Below, piece by piece: positions 1 through 7,607 of a stretch of DNA of 53,651 bases. The translations under genes were made by a program, and so were the position numbers. The DNA is from a virus (lineage: Duplodnaviria; Caudoviricetes). Each line of letters starts with the position of its first letter. Positions within the stretch are counted from its first letter, which is position 1. The stretch lies in the IMG/VR virus record IMGVR_UViG_3300025417_000028, positions 1 to 53,651 of that record, one strand, 5' to 3'. Under the pieces are notes generated by a model that was given only the letters and a program-made list of their open reading frames with translations, had not been told where the DNA came from and ran no database searches.

Positions 1-75
1 AGCACTATCTCCATCCCAATAAATGAGACTGATGAGATTGTTATTCCTATCAATTGATATTTTGTAGTTGTCCAT
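1..75 (-). CDS. hypothetical early protein, partial (runs off the window start; MDNYKISIDRNNNLISLIYWDGDSA...)
   Basis: ATG at 75, 6 nt after the -10 box of promoter repeat 1; frame is open to position 1. Confidence 0.6.
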   Translation of the reverse strand, partial: MDNYKISIDRNNNLISLIYWDGDSA

Positions 76-81
76 TATTAC

Positions 82-111
82 AGTCTATATGCTTTAGGAA
101 GAGGTGTCAAG
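82..111 (-). promoter_or_regulatory. repeated sigma70-type promoter, copy 1
   Basis: TTGACA-cctcttcctaaagcata(17)-TAGACT-6 nt-ATG. Confidence 0.85.
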
Positions 112-336
112 AGATTCAGCCAAACCAAGTTTATCTTTTACCTTAAACAATATTTGATTTATGGTTACATCTAATTCTGAAGAAGCTTCTGACATACCAT
201 CTTTATTATATCTATTATCCAAACTTTCGATATGTTGTTTGTTAAAATTCAAATGACACACCCAATTATTATTTTCATCAAGTACAGATGCATATACTGA
301 ATGATATCCATTATGTATGTCTAATTTGTATTTCAT
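94..336 (-). CDS. hypothetical cassette protein (80 aa)
   Basis: ORF starts 6 nt after the -10 box of repeat 2 and ends inside repeat 1 (LDTSS*). Confidence 0.75.
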   Translation of the reverse strand: MKYKLDIHNGYHSVYASVLDENNNWVCHLNFNKQHIESLDNRYNKDGMSEASSELDVTINQILFKVKDKLGLAESLDTSS

Positions 337-342
337 AATTTT

Positions 343-372
343 ATTCTATATGCTTTAGGAGGAGGTATCAAG
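343..372 (-). promoter_or_regulatory. repeated sigma70-type promoter, copy 2
   Basis: TTGATA-cctcctcctaaagcata(17)-TAGAAT-6 nt-ATG. Confidence 0.85.
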
Positions 373-606
373 CTTATTCATAAACCTATCTAATGCATTA
401 GTAGATGCTGGTATCCAACTCTTATAAATTAAATCTGTATGTTTTATTATATTATAAATTTTAATGACATTTTTAGAAAAATATTCTAAAACAAAATCTT
501 TATCTTTTACTTTAAAGAAACGAGGGTCATCCAACCAATAAGTCTTAATATGCTTTTTGTTTTTTGAAAAGACTTTCCAATAATGATGACTTACACAATT
601 ACACAT
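355..606 (-). CDS. hypothetical cassette protein (83 aa)
   Basis: ORF starts 6 nt after the -10 box of repeat 3 and ends inside repeat 2 (LDTSS*). Confidence 0.75.
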   Translation of the reverse strand: MCNCVSHHYWKVFSKNKKHIKTYWLDDPRFFKVKDKDFVLEYFSKNVIKIYNIIKHTDLIYKSWIPASTNALDRFMNKLDTSS

Positions 607-612
607 AATCTT

Positions 613-641
613 ATTATATAGCTTTAGGAGGAGGTGTCAAG
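613..641 (-). promoter_or_regulatory. repeated sigma70-type promoter, copy 3
   Basis: TTGACA-cctcctcctaaagcta(16)-TATAAT-6 nt-ATG. Confidence 0.85.
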
Positions 642-650
642 AGAAGAATT

Positions 651-1367
651 TCACAGATTTGTAATCTCAATGTCCTTTGGATGAATACTCTTAAAGGTAA
701 ACAAAGCTAGTAAATTGTATTGAACACTCGATGCACTTTCATCCAAATAATATTTTGTTGTTGTATCCTTTTTAATTTTCAGTACAATCATATCTTTTGG
801 TTCTAAACCCTTACTTCTGGCTAGTGTTCTTTTCCAGCTTTCAATAAGCTGACCATTCCCTTCTGTATAAAATAGATAAACTCTATCTCCTGGATGATTA
901 AATGTTGTCTGAGATAGTTTAGGATTTAAACCTATTTCTCTTATTTTAGCTGCATTTGTAGCTGTTGTGATGTGATAGAAGAATGGTATCTTACTAAGAG
1001 TTTTCTCACTTAGTTCTGATGGCTTATTTGGCTCAATTAAAAGATCAACATACCCTTCCTCTTTATCTTCTATCTCTTTTGCAATAAAATAACCACTAAA
1101 ACTAAGCAAACTATCTAATACTTGTTTGGGATATCCTTGTTTAAGATAAAGATTTAAAACAACAGGTTTACCATATTTTGTATTAGTTGTCAGAGGGTTT
1201 GGATCAAATTGCTTTTTTAGTATATATGGTTTTAGTTCAGATGTATAAATTCTTTTGAGAAGATGATCAACACCATGTGAGACAATGAGAGCTTCTTTTA
1301 TAAGCTGTTGATATGTATCAGACCATTGCTTGGGCAAATATGATTCTATAGCCTCATCAAATTTCAT
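651..1367 (-). CDS. ADP-ribosyltransferase / Tpt1-KptA-like fold protein
   Basis: FYHIT..NAAKIREIGLNP...RVYL...IVLKI...IHPKDI resembles the LYHxT..I...GL.P / VYL / IPP motifs of the ART-Tpt1 fold. Confidence 0.6.
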   Translation of the reverse strand: MKFDEAIESYLPKQWSDTYQQLIKEALIVSHGVDHLLKRIYTSELKPYILKKQFDPNPLTTNTKYGKPVVLNLYLKQGYPKQVLDSLLSFSGYFIAKEIEDKEEGYVDLLIEPNKPSELSEKTLSKIPFFYHITTATNAAKIREIGLNPKLSQTTFNHPGDRVYLFYTEGNGQLIESWKRTLARSKGLEPKDMIVLKIKKDTTTKYYLDESASSVQYNLLALFTFKSIHPKDIEITNL

Positions 1368-1378
1368 TATTGATACTT

Positions 1379-1407
1379 ATTCTATATGCTTTAGGAGGAG
1401 GTGTCAA
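1379..1407 (-). promoter_or_regulatory. repeated sigma70-type promoter, copy 4, overlapping a TAAGTA late-type box
   Basis: TTGACA-cctcctcctaaagcata(17)-TAGAAT; TAAGTA follows and lies 6 nt before ATG 1367. Confidence 0.85.
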
Positions 1408-1917
1408 CTATAAAGGAGGCTGAATTTTTCCAATCTTATAAAGCCAATAAGGGAATGGTGTACTATACCAGATCTCAATAATTTTATTCTTTAGCTTCTT
1501 ATGCCACTTCTTTTGCTCATGAAAATAAATTGCTACATCAGAGTTTACTACAGCCAAATCATGCAAAGCTTTCTTAGGGTTATTCTCATGCTCCCTACTA
1601 TAAATGTGCCAGGTTATGAGCTCTTCAAGAACAGCCTCTTTCCATCCACTTGCTCTCACACCCTCATTATAGGCTCCTTCCATCTGATAATGAACAAGAT
1701 GATACAGAGCTTCTTTTGGATCTTTATAGTTTATAGTATTCAAACCACAGATCTCAAGCTGCTCTTCAATAGCTTCTTTCCACTTCTTAAGCTCTTTAAC
1801 TTCATCTCTCAATTTATAGACTTCAGGATCAGTCCAATCTACATCAGGGCATGCACATTCCCATTCAGAATGAGCATGACACTTACAGCCTTTACCTTCG
1901 TAGTATTCGTCAATCAT
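1408..1917 (-). CDS. hypothetical protein with N-terminal Cys cluster and internal duplication
   Basis: CKC..ECAC motif; two WKEA(I/V)xExL...PKxALxxL units. Confidence 0.7.
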   Translation of the reverse strand: MIDEYYEGKGCKCHAHSEWECACPDVDWTDPEVYKLRDEVKELKKWKEAIEEQLEICGLNTINYKDPKEALYHLVHYQMEGAYNEGVRASGWKEAVLEELITWHIYSREHENNPKKALHDLAVVNSDVAIYFHEQKKWHKKLKNKIIEIWYSTPFPYWLYKIGKIQPPL

Positions 1918-2158
1918 TCTTTAACGATTTCTTTTTAGACTCTTTGCAAAAGTATTTAATTTTTACTAAAGTCATATCTTTTTCTATAATAATCCAACGA
2001 AGAGCTTTTCCTTTTTGTTCAGCTTGCTCACACAGTATAGCTCTTTGAATAATTGACTCTCGCTCTTCAAAAGTAGGTTCGTACTTGAAGACGATAGTCT
2101 TAATGTATTCTCTTTCCTTCTTTGCTTTTGGTTTGTATTTAGTTGGTAGCTTTGCCAT
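1910..2158 (-). CDS. hypothetical basic protein (82 aa)
   Basis: ORF track; overlaps neighbours in a co-directional run. Confidence 0.6.
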   Translation of the reverse strand: MAKLPTKYKPKAKKEREYIKTIVFKYEPTFEERESIIQRAILCEQAEQKGKALRWIIIEKDMTLVKIKYFCKESKKKSLKND

Positions 2159-2342
2159 GATAAAGTAAACTAGTTGGTATTGGACGATTGTTTTGGATTA
2201 CTGTCTTAGTTGTATGAATGAGTATAAAGCAAGCTACTAGGCCAATCAACGCCAAACTTATTACTATTGCAAAACATTGAAAAAGAGTTTGTGCTAAAGA
2301 CTGTTCATGTTTAGTTTCAAGTTCAAGTTTCATATTAGACAA
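2139..2342 (-). CDS. small membrane protein (67 aa)
   Basis: one hydrophobic stretch, LFQCFAIVISLALIGLVACFILI. Confidence 0.6.
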   Translation of the reverse strand: MSNMKLELETKHEQSLAQTLFQCFAIVISLALIGLVACFILIHTTKTVIQNNRPIPTSLLYHGKATN

Positions 2343-2577
2343 AGAGTCGTTTAGTACAATCGATAGACAACTCTTTTAGTTCTTCTTGAATCTGAGTTAA
2401 TCGTATTAAGATACTTCTAGCTTCTTGATCTAAAGGATTATCCAAGCAAATGTCTTGAAGTGTTTTAATCTTCTCGTCTTGATCAGAACACCAAAGAGCA
2501 ATTGAGTGAGGAGTATCTTTTGTATTATGATTATTCATTAGACGTACGGACCGGATGTTTGTATTTTCTTCAGACAT
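2335..2577 (-). CDS. hypothetical protein (MSEENT...)
   Basis: ORF track; start moved to ATG 2577 because the longer start overlaps the tRNA. Confidence 0.6.
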   Translation of the reverse strand: MSEENTNIRSVRLMNNHNTKDTPHSIALWCSDQDEKIKTLQDICLDNPLDQEARSILIRLTQIQEELKELSIDCTKRLFV

Positions 2578-2592
2578 ATATTTTAAAGTAAT

Positions 2593-2665
2593 TGGGCCCA
2601 CCAGGACTTGAACCTGGAACCAAAGGCTTATGAGGCCTCTGCTCTAACCTTTGAGCTATAAGCCC
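2593..2665 (-). tRNA. tRNA with CAT anticodon, most likely tRNA-Ile2 (lysidine type); CCA not encoded
   Basis: GGGCTTA/TGGGCCC acceptor stem, D arm GCTC-AAAGGTTA-GAGC, anticodon arm GAGGC-CTCATAA-GCCTT, T loop GGTTCAAGTCC, discriminator A. Confidence 0.9.
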
Positions 2666-2676
2666 GTAAATTTTAT

Positions 2677-2844
2677 TTAGGGAAGGTCTACTGGAGGTTC
2701 AATGAGGTCCTTGATCTCAGCCTTAAGCCTCTTGATCTCCTCGTTAAAGCCCTTAACAAGAGCCTTCTTTTCCTTCATAGTATCTTCAAGCTCCTTGCAG
2801 AGTTCAAAGACCTGTGCTTCTTTTGACGTGTTGGTTTCTTCCAT
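2677..2844 (-). CDS. small coiled-coil protein (55 aa, MEETNTSKEAQVFELCKELED...)
   Basis: translated by hand; ATG 2844 to TAA 2677; absent from the ORF track because it is under 60 aa. Confidence 0.6.
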   Translation of the reverse strand: MEETNTSKEAQVFELCKELEDTMKEKKALVKGFNEEIKRLKAEIKDLIEPPVDLP

Positions 2845-2847
2845 AGA

Positions 2848-2985
2848 TTATTTCTTGAGTAGCTTGCGCTTTTCTTCTAGTTCTTTTCTAAAGTTATCTC
2901 CATAGCACTTGGAGCAGACTGGTTTGTCTTCAGTGCCATATTGTTGCTGGCTCCAAACTTTTTTATTGCAGTGAATGCATTTCAT
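2848..2985 (-). CDS. small zinc-ribbon protein (45 aa, MKCIHC...CSKC)
   Basis: translated by hand; two CxxC pairs. Confidence 0.55.
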   Translation of the reverse strand: MKCIHCNKKVWSQQQYGTEDKPVCSKCYGDNFRKELEEKRKLLKK

Positions 2986-2998
2986 TGTGCATATACCA

Positions 2999-3547
2999 TC
3001 ACTTCAACTCTTGGACAGGTCTACTTTGTTTATTGTATTCGTCTTCGAGAATTTGCTTGAGGCTTGCTTTCAGCTTTAGAACATTTGGCGTCTGCGTACA
3101 GCTTTCTAGTTTTCCAAGAACACTTATAATCTTTCTCATGTCTTCGGTATGTTCAACATCTTGATACATCTCTCCATACTGACACATCTTTGTGAAAAGT
3201 TCTCCAAAAGTCGGACATCCATTATATTGCTCATCGTTTAAGCTATAAGAACGATCAAAACTAATCTTTGTCTTTCCTTCTTCGATGTCCTTGAGAGCTT
3301 CAAGACCATCCAGGTAGTGTTGCATCAGAGTCTTTGTATTTACTTTCTTTACGTTCCTAATAGGCTTGAGAACTTGTATTGAATAGTCTCCAAACTTAAT
3401 ACTTCTTGGTCTCTTGAGGCCAGGAACATCCTCAATAGCACTACCCCACTTGCTGTGCTTAATAAGACTAATCAGTCTACGAACTGGCCACTTGAGTTCA
3501 AAAGATACTACAGATCTATCGTTTACATTGAAAGGTGCATTTCTCAT
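2999..3547 (-). CDS. hypothetical protein
   Basis: ORF track (3574); likely start ATG 3547, 7 nt after TTGACA-16-GAAGAT. Confidence 0.7.
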   Translation of the reverse strand: MRNAPFNVNDRSVVSFELKWPVRRLISLIKHSKWGSAIEDVPGLKRPRSIKFGDYSIQVLKPIRNVKKVNTKTLMQHYLDGLEALKDIEEGKTKISFDRSYSLNDEQYNGCPTFGELFTKMCQYGEMYQDVEHTEDMRKIISVLGKLESCTQTPNVLKLKASLKQILEDEYNKQSRPVQELK

Positions 3548-3582
3548 GAAAGACATCTTCCGCGAATCAAACAATTTGTCAA

Positions 3583-3879
3583 CTAGTAATTCAATTGACT
3601 TTCAACATCAATTTCAGTAAGAAGTTCAATCTGCTCTTCTTCACCTTCGTTGTTTGTAAGAGTCAGTACAGGACCTTCAACTGTGACTTCTTGATTGTCG
3701 CCTTCTGTAAAGGCAACTTCAAAGTCTAAACCATCTTCATGCCACTGAAGCTTTAAGAACTCATTGTCAGGTTCATATTCAAGATCAACAAGTGAAGGAA
3801 TGATGAGTCTTCCTTCGAGTACTACTGCAGAAGCTGTAGCAAGAATTTCAAAAGTATTCACGAGATTTAATGTTTTCAT
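3583..3879 (-). CDS. acidic hypothetical protein (98 aa)
   Basis: ORF track; TAAGTA 6 nt before ATG. Confidence 0.7.
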   Translation of the reverse strand: MKTLNLVNTFEILATASAVVLEGRLIIPSLVDLEYEPDNEFLKLQWHEDGLDFEVAFTEGDNQEVTVEGPVLTLTNNEGEEEQIELLTEIDVESQLNY

Positions 3880-3904
3880 CGTGAATACTTATTGAAAATA
3901 CGAT

Positions 3905-4804
3905 CTATTTCTTAGAGTAGATCGCTGCTACTCCCTTGCCATTCTTCTTGATCTTACCTTCCTGAGTCAGCTCCCTGAGCAACACTCCCATGTAGCCTGA
4001 GCTGATTGAAGTGTCGTTGACTAGAGTCTGGATCGTCTTAGGCTGACCAAGTGCTTCTAAGACCAAGTCCTTCTTGGAAGGACTATTGGACTTTGATCCT
4101 GGTCGCTCAGTCTCGACAGCTTGGAAGTCGAAGCCAGTCTCCGTGATCGGAAAGCTCACAAAGCCAGTCGAACCAAACCGGTTCTTCGTCACATCAACGT
4201 CACGCAGACCATCATCCTCCTTGTTCCGAGTCATGATAAGGTTTGCATCAACGCTGTGAGGCAGAAGAGTCGAGCCTTTGTAGGTTCCAGTCTTCGTGAA
4301 GTGCAAGATCGTGCCAATCACAACCTCCTGCTCCTTGGCAGTCTGGATGATCTTGGTTGCGACATACTCTTCGACCTGCTTCTTGTTCAGAGCTTTCTTG
4401 GTCGTCAGAGCAGGCAAGCTGTCAAGGACGACAAAGTCGAACTTATTCTTCTTGATCTCGTCACAGATCGTATCAATATCAGTGATGTTCGCAAGAGGAA
4501 CCTGAGTCACACCAAGCCGCTTTGCAGTAAATGCAAGCTGCTCAATGCCCTCTTCTCCAGAAATATAAGCAGTCTTCTTACCAGTCCGCTCAAGGAGCTC
4601 AAGGATCTGAATGAGCATCGAAGTCTTGCCAGTACCAGGAGCAGCAGCCAATGTGAAGGCCATGCCAGGAAGAAAGCCAAGACCACCGAATACGGAGTCG
4701 AGATCGTCTTTGCCAGTCTTGAACCTCCGGTTATAGACGTCAGGAATCTTGACGTCAGAGGCTCGCGTGAAGTTGGTATTATTGGTGTTGGTCAGTACGT
4801 TCAT
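3905..4804 (-). CDS. radA: RadA/Sms-like RecA-family ATPase with C-terminal winged-helix
   Basis: Walker A AAPGTGKTS, YISGEE, Walker B VVLDS, KNRFG signature; start likely ATG 4804. Confidence 0.85.
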   Translation of the reverse strand: MNVLTNTNNTNFTRASDVKIPDVYNRRFKTGKDDLDSVFGGLGFLPGMAFTLAAAPGTGKTSMLIQILELLERTGKKTAYISGEEGIEQLAFTAKRLGVTQVPLANITDIDTICDEIKKNKFDFVVLDSLPALTTKKALNKKQVEEYVATKIIQTAKEQEVVIGTILHFTKTGTYKGSTLLPHSVDANLIMTRNKEDDGLRDVDVTKNRFGSTGFVSFPITETGFDFQAVETERPGSKSNSPSKKDLVLEALGQPKTIQTLVNDTSISSGYMGVLLRELTQEGKIKKNGKGVAAIYSKK

Positions 4805-4820
4805 GTGTTGTTTGATTGTT

Positions 4821-4858
4821 CCTATATCTTCGATCGAACTGACGGACAGCTCAACGAG
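4821..4858 (-). promoter_or_regulatory. second conserved promoter-like element, copy A
   Basis: CTCGTTG-n3-TGTCC-n10-TCGAAGATATAGG, same spacing as the copy at 5410-5447. Confidence 0.65.
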
Positions 4859-5405
4859 ATTCAATCAGATCTTTGATCTTCTTCAAGACGACTTTGTCTG
4901 TAACATCTTCGTAACTATTGAAATATTTAACACTGAATTTGGTATATTTACCATTGTATTTGTTAGTTGTTACATAGTAACGCTCTCCATCAATAAGTGC
5001 TACATATTGATCGATATAATTCGACATAGTATGCTTCACATTATTCTCTTTGGAGAGAAGCTTTTTCTTTGTCTTGAGTGATCGAGCTTTGTTGATTGCT
5101 TCAACTTCTTTCTCGAGATCGCTAAAAGTTAAATCTGATTTAGTAGCAATACTATTTCCAATTGCTACGACATCTTTAATATCATCAATTCCATACTGAT
5201 CCTTTAGAATGTTTTGTTCTGTTCCAAAATGGACGAGATACTGACAATCTTCACAACCATCAGAGTATGGTTCATGCATTCCAATATAGAGCTTGTCAAA
5301 ATCATTAGAAGAAGACTTCACTTTTAGAGTGAAAAAAGGTCCTTCTTTAATAAAGTTTGAGTTGAGATTCTTTTTTAGATATGTGATAGATGGTGTTCTT
5401 TTCAT
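4851..5405 (-). CDS. hypothetical early protein
   Basis: ORF track (5438); start likely ATG 5405, just after the conserved element. Confidence 0.7.
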   Translation of the reverse strand: MKRTPSITYLKKNLNSNFIKEGPFFTLKVKSSSNDFDKLYIGMHEPYSDGCEDCQYLVHFGTEQNILKDQYGIDDIKDVVAIGNSIATKSDLTFSDLEKEVEAINKARSLKTKKKLLSKENNVKHTMSNYIDQYVALIDGERYYVTTNKYNGKYTKFSVKYFNSYEDVTDKVVLKKIKDLIESR

Positions 5406-5409
5406 TGGA

Positions 5410-5447
5410 CCTATATCTTCGACAAAGACATTGGACAAGACAACGAG
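5410..5447 (-). promoter_or_regulatory. second conserved promoter-like element, copy B
   Basis: CTCGTTG-n3-TGTCC-n10-TCGAAGATATAGG. Confidence 0.65.
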
Positions 5448-5492
5448 TTTTGAGTGTAGAGAAAAAATAAATTTTTAAATAAATAACTTTTG

Positions 5493-6335
5493 ATGAAAAT
5501 AGATAAAGATTTAAAGTTGCTTTTTGAGGCCTACCAAAAAGTTGAGGAAATGGCCATCAGTAACGTCCAAAGAACTTCTTCCTTATTAGGCAAAACACCA
5601 AACAAGTATGTTTATACAAAAGACGACAACGAAGAGGAAGAAGATTCTCTCAGTAGAGGCGAGAGAGAAATGTTTACCACAAAATTTGACAAATATGCAG
5701 ATTATTTAAAGAAAAACATTTTCACGAAAATTCCTTTCGAGTTTAATATCTTTCTCCAAGATTATGAAATTACTAACAAAGATCGGGACGAAGTAAAAAA
5801 GCTTGTTGATAAGGACAAAAATAGTATTACTGTTTTTATGTCTAATGAAGGAAGTAAGGCCCAACATATATTAACTCCGTGGATGTTGGCTCATAGAATT
5901 GCTCATTGTTTTAGTTCTTCTCTTTACCCTTTTCAAAATAAAATTACTGGAGAGGGTAAATATAATTTTTGTGATAAATTAATGAAAAACATTGAGAATA
6001 TAATTAAAAATTATTTAAGTAGTGTTGATAAGAATTGGGATACATTCAATGGTGTTGATATAACAAAGTTAACACATGGGGAATTTGTCAAACTAAATAG
6101 AGCTCCTATCTACCAAAAGGTTGGCACTTTCAAGTCCGCACGAGATTTAACAGTTAATGGGTTTGAAGAGTTTGTACACGAAATAATTGCTCAATATATG
6201 ATAACGGGGAAGATTACTTTCAACCCTCTTCCTACTAAAGAAGAAGCTTCAAAAGTAGAACTGCAACTAAAACAAGCAATCGAAAAGCTCTTTACAGCGG
6301 TTAAGGGTTGTTATTGTATTTATCATAACGAATAA
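5493..6335 (+). CDS. zincin-like protein with HRxxH variant motif
   Basis: PWMLAHRIAH and distal EFVHEIIAQY; TAAATA 7 nt before ATG. Confidence 0.5.
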   Translation: MKIDKDLKLLFEAYQKVEEMAISNVQRTSSLLGKTPNKYVYTKDDNEEEEDSLSRGEREMFTTKFDKYADYLKKNIFTKIPFEFNIFLQDYEITNKDRDEVKKLVDKDKNSITVFMSNEGSKAQHILTPWMLAHRIAHCFSSSLYPFQNKITGEGKYNFCDKLMKNIENIIKNYLSSVDKNWDTFNGVDITKLTHGEFVKLNRAPIYQKVGTFKSARDLTVNGFEEFVHEIIAQYMITGKITFNPLPTKEEASKVELQLKQAIEKLFTAVKGCYCIYHNE

Positions 6336-6407
6336 TCGTTGAGCTATTAAACAGCTCAACAAAAAAAGTTTGTGTGGTTTTCTAGTGCTGTTGCAATAAA
6401 TAAGTGT

Positions 6408-6914
6408 ATGAGCAAAAAGTTTGATAGTCTGTATGAAAGTATTTCCTGGTCCTTGAGAGAGACACTTGACATTAGTGATGTTGATTACACTGGTTCAAAG
6501 TTATATGATAGCATCAGAGCACTTGTTCAAGAACTTAAAAATGCTAATCTTTTAGATCTCAATACAGACAAAGAAGTATCAGAATTTGCTAAAAAAGCAT
6601 TAGCTAATAAACAGTTTTATATTACTGGTGGACTAGACAACGTTAAAATTACAGTTACTGGTGGAGATAATTCTTCTGATCCTGAAAATGATTCTCCTGT
6701 AACTATTGGAATTGTACAAGGTGAAGGAGCTCCAGTTACATATAGTGATTCGATGTACACCGATCCAGTTGATGAAGCTATAAAGTATATTCAAACTCTA
6801 CAGGTTAAGGCTGCATCGCCTGAAGCGGCTGTACAGACAACACCGCCAGAAAATCCTGCTAGTGAACAACCGGGAGATCAAGGCGGAGCTAGCGCCCTGC
6901 CTGGTACACAATAA
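6408..6914 (+). CDS. hypothetical late/virion protein
   Basis: TAAATA 5 nt before ATG 6408; Pro/Ala-rich acidic tail. Confidence 0.7.
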   Translation: MSKKFDSLYESISWSLRETLDISDVDYTGSKLYDSIRALVQELKNANLLDLNTDKEVSEFAKKALANKQFYITGGLDNVKITVTGGDNSSDPENDSPVTIGIVQGEGAPVTYSDSMYTDPVDEAIKYIQTLQVKAASPEAAVQTTPPENPASEQPGDQGGASALPGTQ

Positions 6915-7606
6915 TGGCATCTGACATTTACGAAGAGAGAATACCTCACTTCTTATATAACATCCTATCGACTCCTGTTGGGTCGGTTTGGAGAGGAGCT
7001 CAATGGGTAGTTGCTTTTGATAACTTGGCTGGTAGAGTTCTTCCATCTATTGAAAAAGCCTTAAAGTACGAAGGAAAAGAATGGCAGATTAAGTCTGCTG
7101 CTGATGCTGTTCTTGGAGATGACTATCAAAGTAATAAAGGATGTATATTTGCTCAAGCTGTTACTATTCCAGGAGAGTCTATTGTAGTTAATGCAGAAGG
7201 AAATATAATGTCTAATGCTTTTCAACGTTCGTATGTAGGACAGGGTAGAAATCAATTACCAGAAATGCAAATGTCGTTCCTTGATACAAACGTATCTTTT
7301 GCTGATAATTTTTTAAGACCATGGGTCATTGCAACTGGAACATTTGGCTTATGGGCTGGTGGTAAAGACTCATACAGAACCGATGCATACTGTTATAAGT
7401 TAGCACCATACGATTCTAGCCAAGACAATCCAGATGCTGTTCCAGGAGTAGTTATGACAATGACATTTTATGATGTTTGTTGCATATCAGTATCAAATGA
7501 AGAATTAAATTACGCACCAATGACAACAACACCAATGAGACAAGCTAGTTTTATCTATAACTATTATAGTGTAGACACCAAGTCTAGCAATCCTTTTGTA
7601 AGTTAG
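6914..7606 (+). CDS. tail-tube-fold baseplate protein (T4 gp54/gp19-like)
   Basis: MSFLDT...FLRPW...FYDVCCISVSNEELNY...SFIYNYY pattern; baseplate context. Confidence 0.65.
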   Translation: MASDIYEERIPHFLYNILSTPVGSVWRGAQWVVAFDNLAGRVLPSIEKALKYEGKEWQIKSAADAVLGDDYQSNKGCIFAQAVTIPGESIVVNAEGNIMSNAFQRSYVGQGRNQLPEMQMSFLDTNVSFADNFLRPWVIATGTFGLWAGGKDSYRTDAYCYKLAPYDSSQDNPDAVPGVVMTMTFYDVCCISVSNEELNYAPMTTTPMRQASFIYNYYSVDTKSSNPFVS

Positions 7607-7607
7607 C

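Noticed and set aside
130-516. FKVKDK shared by the two small cassette proteins (17 of 18 nt identical)
   Set aside because: Short, AT-rich and at different relative positions; no other similarity, so chance cannot be excluded.
82-1407. ~29-bp direct repeats as a CRISPR array
   Set aside because: Intervals are about 230-740 bp, unequal and protein-coding; repeats match -35/-10 promoters; no cas genes seen.
2593-2665. tRNA-Met or initiator tRNA
   Set aside because: Paired 1-72 and no three consecutive G-C pairs in the anticodon stem exclude fMet; overall sequence looks like Ile2, though elongator Met is not formally excluded.
4121-4876. 251-aa plus-strand ORF opposite the RadA-like gene
   Set aside because: Antisense shadow of a codon-biased, GC-richer gene; no motifs or promoter.
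6338-6367. 8-bp hairpin as an intrinsic terminator
   Set aside because: The A7 run follows the stem on the plus strand, so neither strand has stem then U-tract; function unclear.
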